Position numbers and translations under genes: made by a program. Positions 1 through 12,010 of a stretch of DNA of 64,000 nucleotides are shown piece after piece; within the stretch, counting starts at the first letter, position 1, and every line of letters starts with the position of its first letter. Source of the stretch: the human T2T-CHM13v2.0 reference genome, Homo sapiens; assembly GCF_009914755.1 (NCBI RefSeq), contig NC_060932.1; one strand, given 5' to 3'. A model generated the notes under the pieces. It saw only the letters and a list, made by a program, of their open reading frames with translations, did no database searches and had not been told where the DNA came from.

Positions 1-480
1 GCCTGTCTCCCTCCCGTGTCCCGCCCGCCCCCAGACCCTCCTCCTCCGCCCCCCCGCAGCTCGGGCCCTGGTCGTGGCGCGGCTGCCGCACGGTGCCCCT
101 CGACGCCCTCCGGACGCGCTGCCTCTGTGACCGGCTCTCCACCTTCGCCATCTTAGCCCAGCTCAGCGCCGACGCGGTGAGACCCCGGCCGGGCCGGCGG
201 GAGGGGCGCCGGGCAGGGGCGCGGGCGGGGGCTGCCGGCGGGCCTGCGGGTGGGGAGGGCCCGCACCCGTCCTGTCCCGGAGGGGTCGCTGTGGCCCGCA
301 GCCGCCGTGGCCTGGCCCGGCCGGCGGGGTCCATGCGCCTCTGGAGAGGGTGGGTGGGCGCCGAGCGGGTGGCAGTGTGGAGTTGGAGACGGGCCTGGGA
401 GGAGTCGGGACCCCCGGAAAGTGGCTGATGGGTGGGTCCCATCTCCCCTGGCCTTGGAGGCCCGGGATCTCCGAGGGAGC
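1..480. promoter_or_regulatory. Intragenic CpG-island-like region over the GPS exon and intron start
   Basis: Very high GC with dense CpG (cgcgg, ggcgc, ccggc runs) visible by eye; not computed. Confidence 0.6.
35..176 (+). CDS. ADGRB1: ADGRB1 window exon 1: end of GAIN domain, GPS motif and start of the stalk ([17 protein letters not shown]...CDRL|[13 protein letters not shown])
   Basis: Acceptor cccccag ends at 34 and donor GTGAGA starts at 177. The translation matches the BAI1 GPS region and joins the next exon in phase 0. Confidence 0.95.
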
Positions 481-3400
481 CTGGGCCTGGGGAGAGGCTG
501 GGTCCTGAGCCGGGGGCTGGGAGGCGTCGCCTGTGGAGGGGCTACCCTTTCCCTTGGTCCTCTCCGCCTGCCAGGGAGAGGGAGGAGGAGGAGCTGCCGC
601 CTTGGCAGAGCCCTTCGACCCACCCCAAGTAGAGCCTGGTCCGTGGAGGAGGAGGTGGCGGTGGCCCCAGGCAGGGGCCCTGGCCCAGATCCACCGCCCC
701 CCAGGCCTCAGCACCTCGGGGCTTCCTTTTTGTTCCTGTGATTCCTGTGGGGGCTGCCGGTTTCTATGGAGACGGCATCTGGGGTCAGCCGCTGGCAGGG
801 GCCCTGGGTGCTGGGCGCAGCTCCCTGGGGCGGGTGGGCTCTCTTGCTTTGGGCCGGCCAAGCTGCACCCCCTGGCCTGAGGTGGGCCACAGCCCTCTAC
901 TGGGGCCCAGGCCGAGGCCCAGGACAGCCCACAGAGCAGGAAAGGGCCTTGGGCGTGTGCTCACCAAGTAACCTCCGCCCAGACCTCGTGTGGAAGCCTG
1001 GGAGGCAGCAGGGGTGGAGGATGCACTTGGAGGGGACCTGTCCTTCCTGGGTGTTGGAGGTGGCATTGCTGGCCCTTGGGGAACCCCGGGTTCGATGTAG
1101 AAGGTAGCGCCTAGCCTCTCGGACACTCCAGCCTCCTGGCTGTGTTCTCTGGAAAAGTGGGGGGCAGGTGATGTTGGCAGCTGGGGTCTCCCACAGTGCC
1201 AGAGCCGGATGGGACCCTCCAGGCCATTGCCAGTAAAATCCTCTGTTGACAGGCAGGGAGACTGAGGCCCAGAGAGAGGGCCTTGCTCAAGGTCTTGGGT
1301 GAGTCTGGGCTGGACAGGGGTCTGTGTCCCTGACCATAGTGCACCCCTGCTTGGGCTGTCCCCTCAGGTGAGACTGTTGATGCTGCTGGTTCTGCAGACA
1401 GAGCCTGGCAGGCAGCAGTCTGAAGGGCCATCTCGGAGGCTCCCTGGAAGAGGTGGCCTTCTGTGTAGGAGGACATAGACATTATGGCTTTCACTGGGCA
1501 GCCTTTCTGGGCCCCTTCGAAGCTGGACCAGGCAAGGCAGGGCCCAGCCTCCAGTCTCCGGGTGCTGCTCTTCCTGTGGGTGTTCGAGGAGGACCTGGGC
1601 AGGAGAGAACCTGCTATGGTGTGTGCCCCATCTGCCCCTTCTCCCAGCCCGGTGTCAGGCCTGCAGCAGGTCAGTGTTGGAGTCTGAAAACACAGGCTTG
1701 TCTCTGACGAACTGTGACCCTGGACTGGCTCTGCCTTAAGTCCCTCTGAGCCTCAGTTTCCTCACCTGTAAAAGGGAGGGGACCTGGACTACCCAGGACT
1801 GGCTGTGAGGAGGGAAACAGATGACTCGGAGAGAGTCCCAGGAACGGGGCAGTCCCCAGGCGGTGGCATACCAGCCAGTCACCAGGCTGACCTCCAGAGT
1901 GGGCCTGGCTTAGGGAACTTGTTCAGAGAGGGGCAGGTACATGGGCTGAAGGGGGTGCCCCTGAAATTCCAGCAGCAGGGGCCTTGATGCTGAGGGGCCT
2001 TTCCAGGAGGAGACCCACTATGTGCCCCAGTGCACGAGGGGGAGGAAGCGGCTGCTCTGTGGGACAGCAGCGGGGGGCGGGGGTGGAGGCAGCCAGATAC
2101 ACAGTCCTGGGCCTTCTTTGGCAGGCGGTTCGTGGCTGCTGTCGGGGGGCGCTTCTAGTGTTAGCCCAGCCCACGCACACTGGTGTTCACAGGGCAGGAT
2201 GCCAGCAGGCATGTTGGGTGCCCTGTCCCCCATCCCAGACAGGACATTTGAGGCCGGGGCACAGGGGCTGGCAGTGTCTGCAGAGCCACGGGACCGAGGG
2301 CGGGCTGCCTGGACCCTGGGAGCCTCAGTGTCCTCATCTGTGAGATGGGAGGGCGGTTGGCTCTGCCGCAAGGGCAGACCATGTGTGGCTCAGTTTGGGC
2401 TCTGGGCACCAGCAGGGGTGTGAGCTGACAGTCAGAGTGCCAGGAAGAAGCCAGGGTGGTTACAGCCTCTGGCAGGTGCTCCCTGGCACCAGAGCCCCTT
2501 GGGGCCTTCCTGTCCTTTCCACACCACCTCTTCCTCCTCAGCAAGGGCTGGCCCCCTTGATGCTGGGCAGGGAGAGGCCAAGAGTGAAAGGGAGACTGCT
2601 CTCTGGGTGCAGCCTGCCCCTGGCAGGTTCCTTTGTCCACCGTGCCGATCCCTCTGAGGGCTGTGGGCTGGGGTGCCAGGGCTGATGCGGGAGGCAGATG
2701 TGTGCACACAGAGGTCTGCAGCCGCCCAGGTGGAAAGGAGGAAGGCTGCGGGTGGGCTCTGGGTGCATGGCCACAGCCTTCTCCCCTCCTGAGTGTGGTG
2801 TGGGGAGAAGTGCACGGGGCTGAGGCTTGAAGTGGGGTCCTGAGGGGTGTGCAGGAGTTTACCAGCCGAGCATTGTGGGGTGAGTAGCAGCCATTGCAGA
2901 GTGAGGAAGGCATGAAGCTGCGGGGAAGTGGGCACAGGCGTGGGCTCAGCAGGCAGGAGAGGCAGAGAGACTGGTGGCCCGCAAGGCCTGGGGGGCTGCG
3001 GGGAGCCCGAGCTTACTCCAGGGGCGTGAGGAGCCGGCTACAGAATGGACTGGTGGGAGGCTGGGAGGTAAGAGGAGAGCAGTCAGGCCTGGGTACCCAG
3101 GGGTCCCAGCAGGAGTGAGGAGCGTGAGCCCAGCTGGCAGTTGGGGAGGCGGCCAGAAGTGAGCCTGGCTGGGCAGGGAGAGAGAGGGGTGCTGCCTAGC
3201 TTAGCCTGGCTGGGGTTGGATGGACACGTTGGGTGTGGGGACTCTGGTCTGAGTGGGCAGAGGCTGTGGCTTCGGGGGTTCAGAGTGGCCTACAGGGGCT
3301 GCTGACCAGGACAGGGGCCTGAGATGGTGGTAGAGGCGGGTACGTGGGCACCCCGGGAGCCAGGGTGGGATGAGATCCGGGCAGGGTGGTAGAGCGAGGG

Positions 3401-3529
3401 GAGGTGAGACCCACGAGTCCTCCTCTAGAGCTGGCCTGGAGCCAGGGTGTCGGCGCAGATGCGGGCTGCGCAGATGCCGGCTCTGCGGCTGCAGCAGGCC
3501 TACGACGGCCGGAAGGTTGAGTAACCGCT

Positions 3530-3640
3530 CTGAGTCACACCTGTGAGGCGGATGATGCCACCTGTCTCAGAGTGGTGGGGACTGAACTAGGTGATATATT
3601 TATGGCACTTGACATAGTCTGGCGTGTAGTAAACAGTCTG
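3530..3640. mobile_element. MIR SINE fragment
   Basis: Degenerate MIR-like text (acctgtctcagagtggtggggactgaact...tatggcacttgacatagtctggcgtgtagtaaaca). Confidence 0.45.
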
Positions 3641-3689
3641 AAAAGGACAGTTGTTGTTGGCATGACTTCTGTGATGTGCCTCAGACTGT

Positions 3690-3995
3690 ATTGGAAGGTT
3701 GTGACCAGGGTCACAGTTCATTTGCAACCAGGTTCGGGGCTCAGTGTATGACCAGGGTTAGGTTCAGGGGTGTGATCATGGTCAGGGTTCAGCACGTGAC
3801 CAGAATCAGGGCCCAGTGTGTGCCCAAGATCAAGACTCACAGCCTGACTGGGATCAAGGCTCAGAATATACTTGGGTCAGGGTTTAGTGTGTGGCTGGAT
3901 TCAGGGGACAGGGTGTGATGGGAATTGGGGCTCGGGGTATAATCTGGGTCAGGGGTCAGAGTATGATGGGGGTTCAGGGCTTAGTCTATGACTAG
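3690..3995. repeat. Degenerate ~24-bp tandem repeat (tgtgaccagggtcagggctcag-like)
   Basis: Recurring gtgaccagg / tcaggg motifs at roughly regular spacing. Confidence 0.6.
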
Positions 3996-5238
3996 AGACA
4001 GAAATTAGTTTTGTGGGCATTTGGGAGCCATAGACGGTGTTGGGGCAGTGGCAGGACGAAGGTGGTACTGTGGGTAGAAATGAGTCCTTAGGGGGCAAAG
4101 GGTGGATATAGGGTTCAGGAGAAGATTGGGAGTGGGAGTTCATGTGGTGGAAACTGGCAGAGACTCGGTCACCAGCCAGGAGAAGCCATTGGTGGGAGGG
4201 GGCCGGCTGGTTCAGACCTAGTATGCAGGGAGGGCCTCCGAGAATTGGTGACTTCTGTGCTGGGAGGAGAGCCCGGCGCCTGAAGGTCAGGGAAGGCGTG
4301 CAGGGCAGGGGGCCTGGCATGTGCAAGGGCCTGGGCCGCGCTGTGCCTGGCTTGAGCCAGTCTCCGGCAGGGGCCCGGCCTGGCTCTGCCTCCCCTCGGC
4401 GTGAGTTGAGGCCGGTCTTGGTCTACCCCTCCTAGTGAGGCCTGCCCAGGCCACCGCCCATCCCTTCTTCATCGCCTGGAACCTGCTGAGCAACGGCCGT
4501 CGGGAGTGACTGATGAGCCAGGCGGGGAGGAGAGGGATCAGGTGGACCAGTGGGAGAGCTGGCGGGTTTGCGGCTGCCAGGCCTAACGAGGGCAGGCGGA
4601 AGCAGATGGCCACAGAGGCCTGGGCCTGAGCCAGCCTCAGAGCAGGCGCGAGACGCTTACTCGGCCGCCTGTGACCTTTGTGGCCAGCCGGCCTCAGGCC
4701 AGCCCAGTGTCTTGGAAACATTTACTGGGGTCACCCTGTCTCCCACCTGTCCCTGTCCAGCTGGTTTCCTAGCCCTGGACCTCAGCTCTGCGCTGGTAAA
4801 GTTACCGGTGACTGATGAGCCAGGCTGGGAGGGATCGGGGGGCCGGTGGGAGAGCTGGCAGGTGAGTTTTGATGGGAGAAGTACCGGATGATGGGACTTC
4901 AATTCCAGAGGACCACCAGTTTGAGGCCTGAGCTCCAGGCTGTGGCATGCAGGAGTGGTGCTGAGCAGAGTTTCCTGCCGGGCACGGCATCACTGTTCCC
5001 ATCTTGCCCTCCCAGAGCGTAGTTTGGACAACAGAGGTGAGCAGCGCTACCTGGGGTAGTTCGAGGGGCCTGTGTGGAGGCAGTGGCTTTTGAAAGCCTG
5101 GTGGGTTGGCAGTGCTTCTGCACACGAAGAGAAGGCGACTCTTGTTCCAGGGAGGCACAGCTGGAGCCGTGGCACCTGGTACACTTGGGCAGCACAGCTT
5201 GGCCCTGGAGGCGAGTGCCAGGTGTGGGGGGCGTCAGT

Positions 5239-5868
5239 CGTGTGTGCGGGCCCCAGGTGTGCGTGTGTGGGAGCCCCAGGTGCGTGCGTGTGTGGGGGCC
5301 CCAGGTGCATGCATGTGTGCGGGCCCCAGGTGTGTGTGTGCGTGTGCGGGCCCCAGGTGCGTGCGTCTGTGCGGGCCCCAGTTGCGTGTGTGCGGGCCCC
5401 AGGTGCATGCGTGTGTGCGGGCCCCAGGTGCATGCGTGTGTGCGGGCCCCAGGTGCGTGCGTGTGTGCGGGCCCCAGGTGCGTGCATCTGTGTGGGCCCC
5501 AGTTGCGTGTGTGTGGGCCCCAGGTGTGCGTGTGTGCGGGCCCCAGGTGCGTGTGTCTGTGCGGGCCCCAGATGTGTGTGTGTGCGCGCGCGTGTGTGCG
5601 GGCCCCAGGTGCGTGCGTGTGCGGGTCCCAGGTGCGTGCATCTGTGTGGGCCCCAGGTGCATGTGTGTGTGTGTGGGCCCCAGGGGCATGCGTGTGTGTG
5701 CAGGCCACAGGTGTGTGTGTGTGTGTGCATGTGTGCGGGTCCCAGGTGTGTGTGTGTGTGTGTGTGGGTCCCAGGTGCGTGCCTGTGTGCGGGCCCCAGG
5801 TGCGTGCATGTGTGCGGGCCCCAGGTGTGTGTCTGTGTGTGGGTCCCAGGTGCGTGTGTCTGTGCATG
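5239..5868. repeat. UG-rich minisatellite with ~22-32 bp units (gtgcgtgcgtgtgtgcgggccccag), about two dozen copies
   Basis: Directly visible tandem units ending in gggccccag. Confidence 0.95.
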
Positions 5869-7240
5869 TCAGGCGTGTGGCCTGCACCACCCCGAGGACA
5901 AGTCAGGCATGGCGGTTCAGCCTGGCTTATGACTCAGGTGATGGGTTGGGAAGTTGCTCGGGGTGAACTCATCCATGTAGAAGCGATGTCAGCCTGAGTC
6001 CCCTCCCCAGCTTTGCACGCCCTTCAGCCACCTGACTTCCCTGTCTGTCTTCAGGCCTGGCATGCTGGGGCTGTGCAGGGCCATGGGGTCGGGAATGGCA
6101 GGGTCTGTGGCCGGCCCAGGCCCTTTTGAGGAGAGGATGAGCTGAGTGCAGTGGCCAGAGGCACAGTCATGCGAAGAGGGGAAGGGTCTTCTGGGGGCAC
6201 CGCTGGGGAAGAGCCCTGAGGGGAACCAGGGGGCCTGGGGGGCTCGGGACATTCTTGTCAGGAAAGGGAGGCTGGCCAGGGGCAGGGCCAGGGCCAGCCC
6301 AGTGGCCTTTGCAGAGCCGGGTGGGACATTTGGACAACGCCCAGGGCAGGAGAGTCAGGGAGGAGTGGTGGCCCTCCCTAGGAAGGGGCAGTCACCTAAA
6401 CTAAGTACCCCGCAGGTGGTGAGGAGGAATGGCCCACTTTATTCGGGTCACCCCGGCACCCGGATGACACCCCAGCTCCCACACTCTCCTGCCTCTGAGC
6501 AGGGCAGAGGTGCCCTCCAGTGCGCTGATCACCTCCCCCATGCCGCTGTGGCGGGAGAGGAGCTCACAGGGGGCAGGGCTAGAGGTGGGGATGCCTGGGG
6601 CCAGGGCTGGCGGCTAGGCCTAGAAGCTGCAGGGGACTGAGGGGCTGTGGAGGTGACACAGAGTCACCTGCCGAACAGAGAGCGAGGGGTGGGAGGGGGA
6701 GGGCTTTGGTGCAAGGAAGCTGGTCGGGATGTGTCCGGGCTGTGGAGGGACAGGTGGGTGTGGGGTGTCAGGGCCTGGCTGGATGGCATCTTGGATGGGG
6801 GTGGGCCGGAGTCAAAGCGGCTGCTGCCCCCGGATTTCTCGAAGCCTGGGCCCAAGAGGACTGTGCGTGTGGGTGGGCCTGGACCTGGCACCTCCCTGGC
6901 CCCGTCTGCAGTGTGGGGCTGGCGCCTGCCTGGAATTGACGGGGTTCCGAGACATGATGGCAGCAAAGACTTATCTGGCATCGGGCTTGGCATATGACTG
7001 TGGGGCACAGGCAAAGGGCCCAACCTCACAGAGCACAGCCCCGAAAGGGAGTTCTGGAGGGCCTGGGCTGGTAGAGGAAACCCCTCGTCTGCAGGGGGCG
7101 GGTGGGGAGGTGGAGGAGGGGCTGGGCCAAACGCTGGGGGTGTGACCCGGGGCTGCGGGCTCTCGGGTCTCAGTCTTCGGGTCTGCCGAGTGGGCGAGTG
7201 GGGTGCCTCACTCCCTGCGGTCTCTTCCCGGTCCCCACAG

Positions 7241-7344
7241 AACATGGAGAAGGCGACTCTGCCGTCGGTGACGCTCATCGTGGGCTGTGGCGTGTCCTCT
7301 CTCACCCTGCTCATGCTGGTCATCATCTACGTGTCCGTGTGGAG
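7241..7344 (+). CDS. ADGRB1: ADGRB1 window exon 2 ([36 protein letters not shown]1)
   Basis: ccccacag acceptor, AG|GTGGGT donor, 104 nt, phases consistent with neighbours. Confidence 0.96.
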
Positions 7345-8567
7345 GTGGGTGCCGCCCAGGTGCTGGGCATGCGTGGCTGTGGCTCCTGCATCCCACGCCT
7401 CTTCCCCTGAAGGTCACGGGCGGGGTCGTGGGTGCCCCTCCCTCCCTTTGTCCTCACCTTCCCAGTCACCTCCGCCTTTGCCACGGACCCAGCCCTGCTG
7501 TGGCCCCTCCGAGGCCTCCACAGGTTCCTGAGGCCACCCCACACACTCATACTGTGTCCATGCCGCACAAACACAGGGGGTGGGGCCTGGTTCCTCCCCT
7601 GAACGTGCCCCCTCTGCCTGCACTTCCTGACTTCCCTGTCTACCCTTAGGCCTGCAGGCCAGGCCACAGCCTTCCCCGGACCCCCAGTCAGGCCTTAAGG
7701 CCCAAAGCCCCTGCTCACTCTCCACCCCAAACCCCCTTTCCCCAAGGCCACAGGGCTCTCAGCCTGCTGTCCATTCTGATTGTGGCCAGTGGGTTTTTGG
7801 GGCCACCCAGGCAGGTGTGGAGAGATGTGGAGGAGAGCTCGTGTTTGAGCAGTAACATGCCTGTTGAGTGTGTGGACGCGCCTCCAGGCACTCCCCGCTA
7901 TCTGCTCCTGTCCCATTGAGTAGAAGTGTGGAGCAGGGAGCAAGGGCTCAAGGTCACTCACTGCCCATGGGGCCGAGTGGGGACTCCCAACGTGTCCAGA
8001 GGACACGTGGCTCCGGCTCTGCAGGCAGCGCGATGTCAGCCGATAATCGGAACTGACTGCCTGGCTGCTGCCCAAGGTCGGGCATCGGGAGGTCAATGTG
8101 GCTGGTGGGGGAGGGTGGCCGAGCTTTCCCGGAGACAGTGACTGGGTTGTGGGTAGTGGCAGGGGCTCTCCACTGTCCTGCCTGAGGGGACAGCATCCAC
8201 TGGGCTCTAGGGGGACCATGGTGTTTCCTCTTCCCGGGACCTGCCTTCCCCTAGGGCCTGGATTCCACAAAACATCTGGGGAATGGGGTTCAGGGGCTCT
8301 GAACTCAGCTCTGATGTCCTGAGTTCTGAGGAAGTTTTCTGCCGACAGTTTTCAAAGCATCTCCCTTGGTGAGCTCTCCTGGCCATCCCTGTGCCCTATG
8401 AGCTGCCGGCAGGGACTGTTCTGTGGTCCCCATGAGGAAGTGGGGACCCAGAGAGAGAACGTGACCTGCCCAAGGTCATGCAGCACATCAGGGTCATGTC
8501 AGAGCCCCTGAGGCTCAGCCCTGTGCCCTCTGCTCTCCAGCTGGGTGGACCTCAGTCCTCAAGGGCT

Positions 8568-10008
8568 GCTGGTGATGGTGGTGATGGTGGTCCTGGTGGT
8601 GGTGTTTGTGGTGATGATGGTGGTAATGGTGATGGTGGGGGTGGTGCTGCTGCTGGTGATTGTGGTGATAGTGATGGTGGTGGTGGTGGTGATTGTGGTG
8701 GTGATGGTAGTGATGGTGGTGGTGATGGTGGTGGTGGTGCTGGTGCTGGTGATTATGGTGATGATGATGGTAGTGGTGGTGATGGTGGTAGTGGTGGTTG
8801 TGATGGTGTTGGTGCTGGTGCTGGTGATTGTGGTGATGGTGGTAGTGATGGTCGTAATGGTCGTGGTGATGGTAGTGATGGTGATGGTGGTAGTGGTGGT
8901 TGTGATGGTGTTGGTGCTGGTGCTGGTGATTGTGATGGTGGTAGTGATGGTAATGGTCGTGGTGATGGTGGTGCTGGTGATTGTGGTGGTGGTTGTGTTG
9001 GTGTTGGTGGTGCTGGTGATTGTGGTGGTGGTGGTGATGGTGATGGCGTGATGGTGGTGGTGGTGGTAGTGGTTGTGATGGTATTGGTGCTGGTGCTAGT
9101 GATTATGGTGATGGTGGTGATGGTGGTGGTGGTGATGGTGGTAGTGATTGTGATGGTGGTGATAGTGGTGCTGATGGTGGTGATGGCTGTGTTGGTGATG
9201 GTGATAGTGGTAATGATTGTATGATGATGATGGTGGTGATGGTGATGGTGTGATGGTGGTGGTAGTGGTAGTGGTTGTGATGGTGTTGGTGCTGGTGCTA
9301 GTGATTATGGTGATGGTGGTGGTGGTGATGGAGTGATGATGGTGATGGTGGTGGTGATGATGGTGATGGTGATGGTGGTAGTGATTGTGATGATGATAGT
9401 GGTGCTGATGGTGGTGATGGCTGTGTTGGTAATGGTGATAGTGGTAATGATTGTATGATGATGGTGGTGATGGTGGTGGTGGTGATGGTAGTGATTGTGA
9501 TGGTGGTGATGGTGGTGATGGTTGTGTTGGTGATGGTGGTACTGATTGTGTGATAATGGTGATGGTGATGATGGTGATGTGGTAGATAGTGATGGTGGTG
9601 ATGGCGTGGTGGTGTTAGTGATTGTGATGGTGATGGTGGTGGTGGTGGTGGTGATGGAGTGATGATGGTGATGGTGGTAGTGATTGTGATGGTGGTGATA
9701 GTGGTGCTGATGGTGGTGATGGCTGTGTTGGTAATGGTGATAGTGGTAATGATTGTATGATGATGGTGGTGATGGTGATGGTGGTGGTGGTGGTGGTGAT
9801 GATGGTGATGTAGTGGTGGTGGTGATGGTGGTAGTGATTGTGTGATGATGGTGATGATGGTGATGGTGTGGTGGTGGTGATGGTGGTACTGATTGTGATG
9901 GTGGTGATGGTTGTGTTGGTGATGGTGGTGATGATTGTGTGATGATGATGATGGTGTAATGGTGGTGATGGTGGCGGTGATGATGGTCATGGTGGTGGTG
10001 CTGTTGGT
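8568..10008. repeat. ~1.4 kb (TGG/TGA)n trinucleotide low-complexity array
   Basis: Continuous ggt/gat/ggt triplets. Confidence 0.97.
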
Positions 10009-10122
10009 GACAATGCCTGCAGGAAGTGGGGTGGGGCTCTGGTCTTGGTGCCACAGGACCACAGCCCCTGTGCAGATGGGGTTCTGTTGGGTGCTGACCT
10101 TGGGCCCCTGCACTCTCCACAG

Positions 10123-10225
10123 GTACATTCGCTCAGAGCGTTCTGTCATCCTCATCAACTTCTGCCTGTCCATCATCTCCTCCAATGCCCTCATCCTCAT
10201 CGGGCAGACCCAGACCCGCAACAAG
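10123..10225 (+). CDS. ADGRB1: ADGRB1 window exon 3 ([36 protein letters not shown]2)
   Basis: ctccacag acceptor, AAG|GTAGGC donor, 103 nt. Confidence 0.96.
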
Positions 10226-11264
10226 GTAGGCAGCCTTGCGTCCTGCCATGCACTTCCCAACATCCTCGGGTGGTGAGGATGGACCCCAGGAGGGGCCTGG
10301 ACCGTGGGATCCCTGGGAAACTCAGGCAGGCGGGTGTGGGGGCAGGAGGAGGCTGCCCCAGCTACAGGGAGTTCCCTGCCCTCTGCTGTGGCTGCAGGAG
10401 CCTGTCAGGGGCTGGTCAGCCGGCCAAGAAGGGCAGCTTGTGTTCCAGTGTCTCTGCTGGACTTGCCCTTCAGGATGAGCCTGCTGCAGCCCTGCCCATC
10501 CCGCTGTGGGCAGTGGACTCGGCCTCAGCTCAAGCTGCCTCAGGGCTGGGGAGTGGCACTCAAGACGAGTGGCACTGTGGTGACAGAGGCTCCCACGGTC
10601 CACCCTCTCACCCCTACCCTCGCCAGCCTTGAAGCTGGCAGCTCATGGAGGGCCCCTGCCTGCCCTCCCCAGACCCCCTATCCCTGGTTCCTACCCTGTG
10701 GTCTCCAGCCCCATCCCACTAAATGTGGCAGGCGCAGCCTTTGGCTGGGGGCCTCTGCTTCCTCAAGGGGCCACGCTGACAATGTAGGAGAGAAAATAAA
10801 GCAAGAGGGCCCGCAGTGAGACAGAGAAGGCCTGGCCCCAGGGCCTGCCATGTGCTGTGGCAGAAGCTCAGGGCCGCTGTGTGGGTGAGGTTGCCTGCGA
10901 CTTGCTGTGTGTCCTTGGGGCGTGACGTGCCCTCCCTGGGCCTTGGGCTTACTACCTCCTGAACGCATGGGCGGGTACCTGGACTTTTGAGAAGGCCCCT
11001 GGCTTAGCATTTGGTGTGGCTATGAATGGTGCTGAGAAAGATGGGGAGGGAGGATCTGTTTGTCCCAACGGGGCTTAGATGGTCAACAATTCATCTCAGG
11101 GCAAGGACCAGGTGATCTCTGGATTGCCTTCTGCCTGGGGACCTGGTTGGGTCCCAGTGAGGGTGCTGGGTGCTGGGCTGCCAGCTGCAGACAGGCACTC
11201 AGTGGGGGCAGGTGTGGGGCCGGGGAGCACCTGCCCAGCCTGCCCCGCCCTGGGCCTCACACAG

Positions 11265-11415
11265 GTGGTGTGCACGCTGGTGGCCGCCTTCCTGCACTTC
11301 TTCTTCCTGTCCTCCTTCTGCTGGGTGCTCACCGAGGCCTGGCAGTCCTACATGGCCGTGACGGGCCACCTCCGGAACCGCCTCATCCGCAAGCGCTTCC
11401 TCTGCCTGGGCTGGG
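11265..11415 (+). CDS. ADGRB1: ADGRB1 window exon 4 ([27 protein letters not shown]...RFLCLGW, TM3-ICL2)
   Basis: acacag acceptor, G|GTGAGC donor, 151 nt; contains the adhesion-GPCR [11 protein letters not shown] motif. Confidence 0.96.
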
Positions 11416-11571
11416 GTGAGCCGCGGCCTTCCCGACCCTCCTGGACAGATACCCTTCCTCCCCCACTGCTTGTTCTGTCCTGGCAGCCCCTCCTCTCCCC
11501 ATCCCCTGTGGACCCCTGGGGCCTCAGTTGCTGCTTGGGTGGGCTTCCCCCTCTGGGCCCTCGTTCTTCCA

Positions 11572-11757
11572 TGGAGTCACCAGATAAAGCACAGGACACC
11601 CAGTTCCCTTTCATGTCTAGATAACGAAAACGTTTCTAGCACAAGTATGTCCGGTGCAGTATTTGGGAGGTACATTTACAAAAAGATGATTCCTGATTTC
11701 TCTGCGAGTCAGATGTGCCGGGCACCCTATGTGTTCTCTGCTCATTGGACCACCCTG
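11572..11757. mobile_element. Diverged palindromic hAT-type MITE, MER53-like
   Basis: AT-richer island beginning cagataaagcacaggacacccagtt, with central aagtatgtcc...gggaggtacatttac and ending caccctg; resembles the recalled MER53 consensus. Confidence 0.6.
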
Positions 11758-11940
11758 CGCCCAGCTCCGCAGGCCCTTGCCTTGTTCACCTCCTGCCCCA
11801 TCTCTTGCTCAGCCCCATCCTCTGTTGGGGGCTTCAGAAGCGCCTGCCTGGCCCCCGCCCTTCACGGCAGGGCTAGGAGGAGGTGGAGGCTGGCTGGGGA
11901 CTTGGGTGGGGCCAACACCCTCTCTCTGCTCCTTCTCCAG

Positions 11941-12010
11941 GGCTCCCTGCACTGGTTGTGGCCATTTCTGTGGGATTCACCAAGGCCAAAGGGTACAGCA
12001 CCATGAACTA
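11941..12010 (+). CDS. ADGRB1: ADGRB1 window exon 5 ([24 protein letters not shown]4-ECL2)
   Basis: ccttctccag acceptor, GTGAGT donor, 70 nt. Confidence 0.96.

Noticed and set aside
4899-5997. Six overlapping 218-322 aa ORFs rich in Cys/Val or His/Thr
   Set aside because: Translations of the UG-rich minisatellite.
8478-10263. Poly-Gly/Val/His/Thr ORFs
   Set aside because: Artefacts of the TGG/TGA trinucleotide array in an intron.
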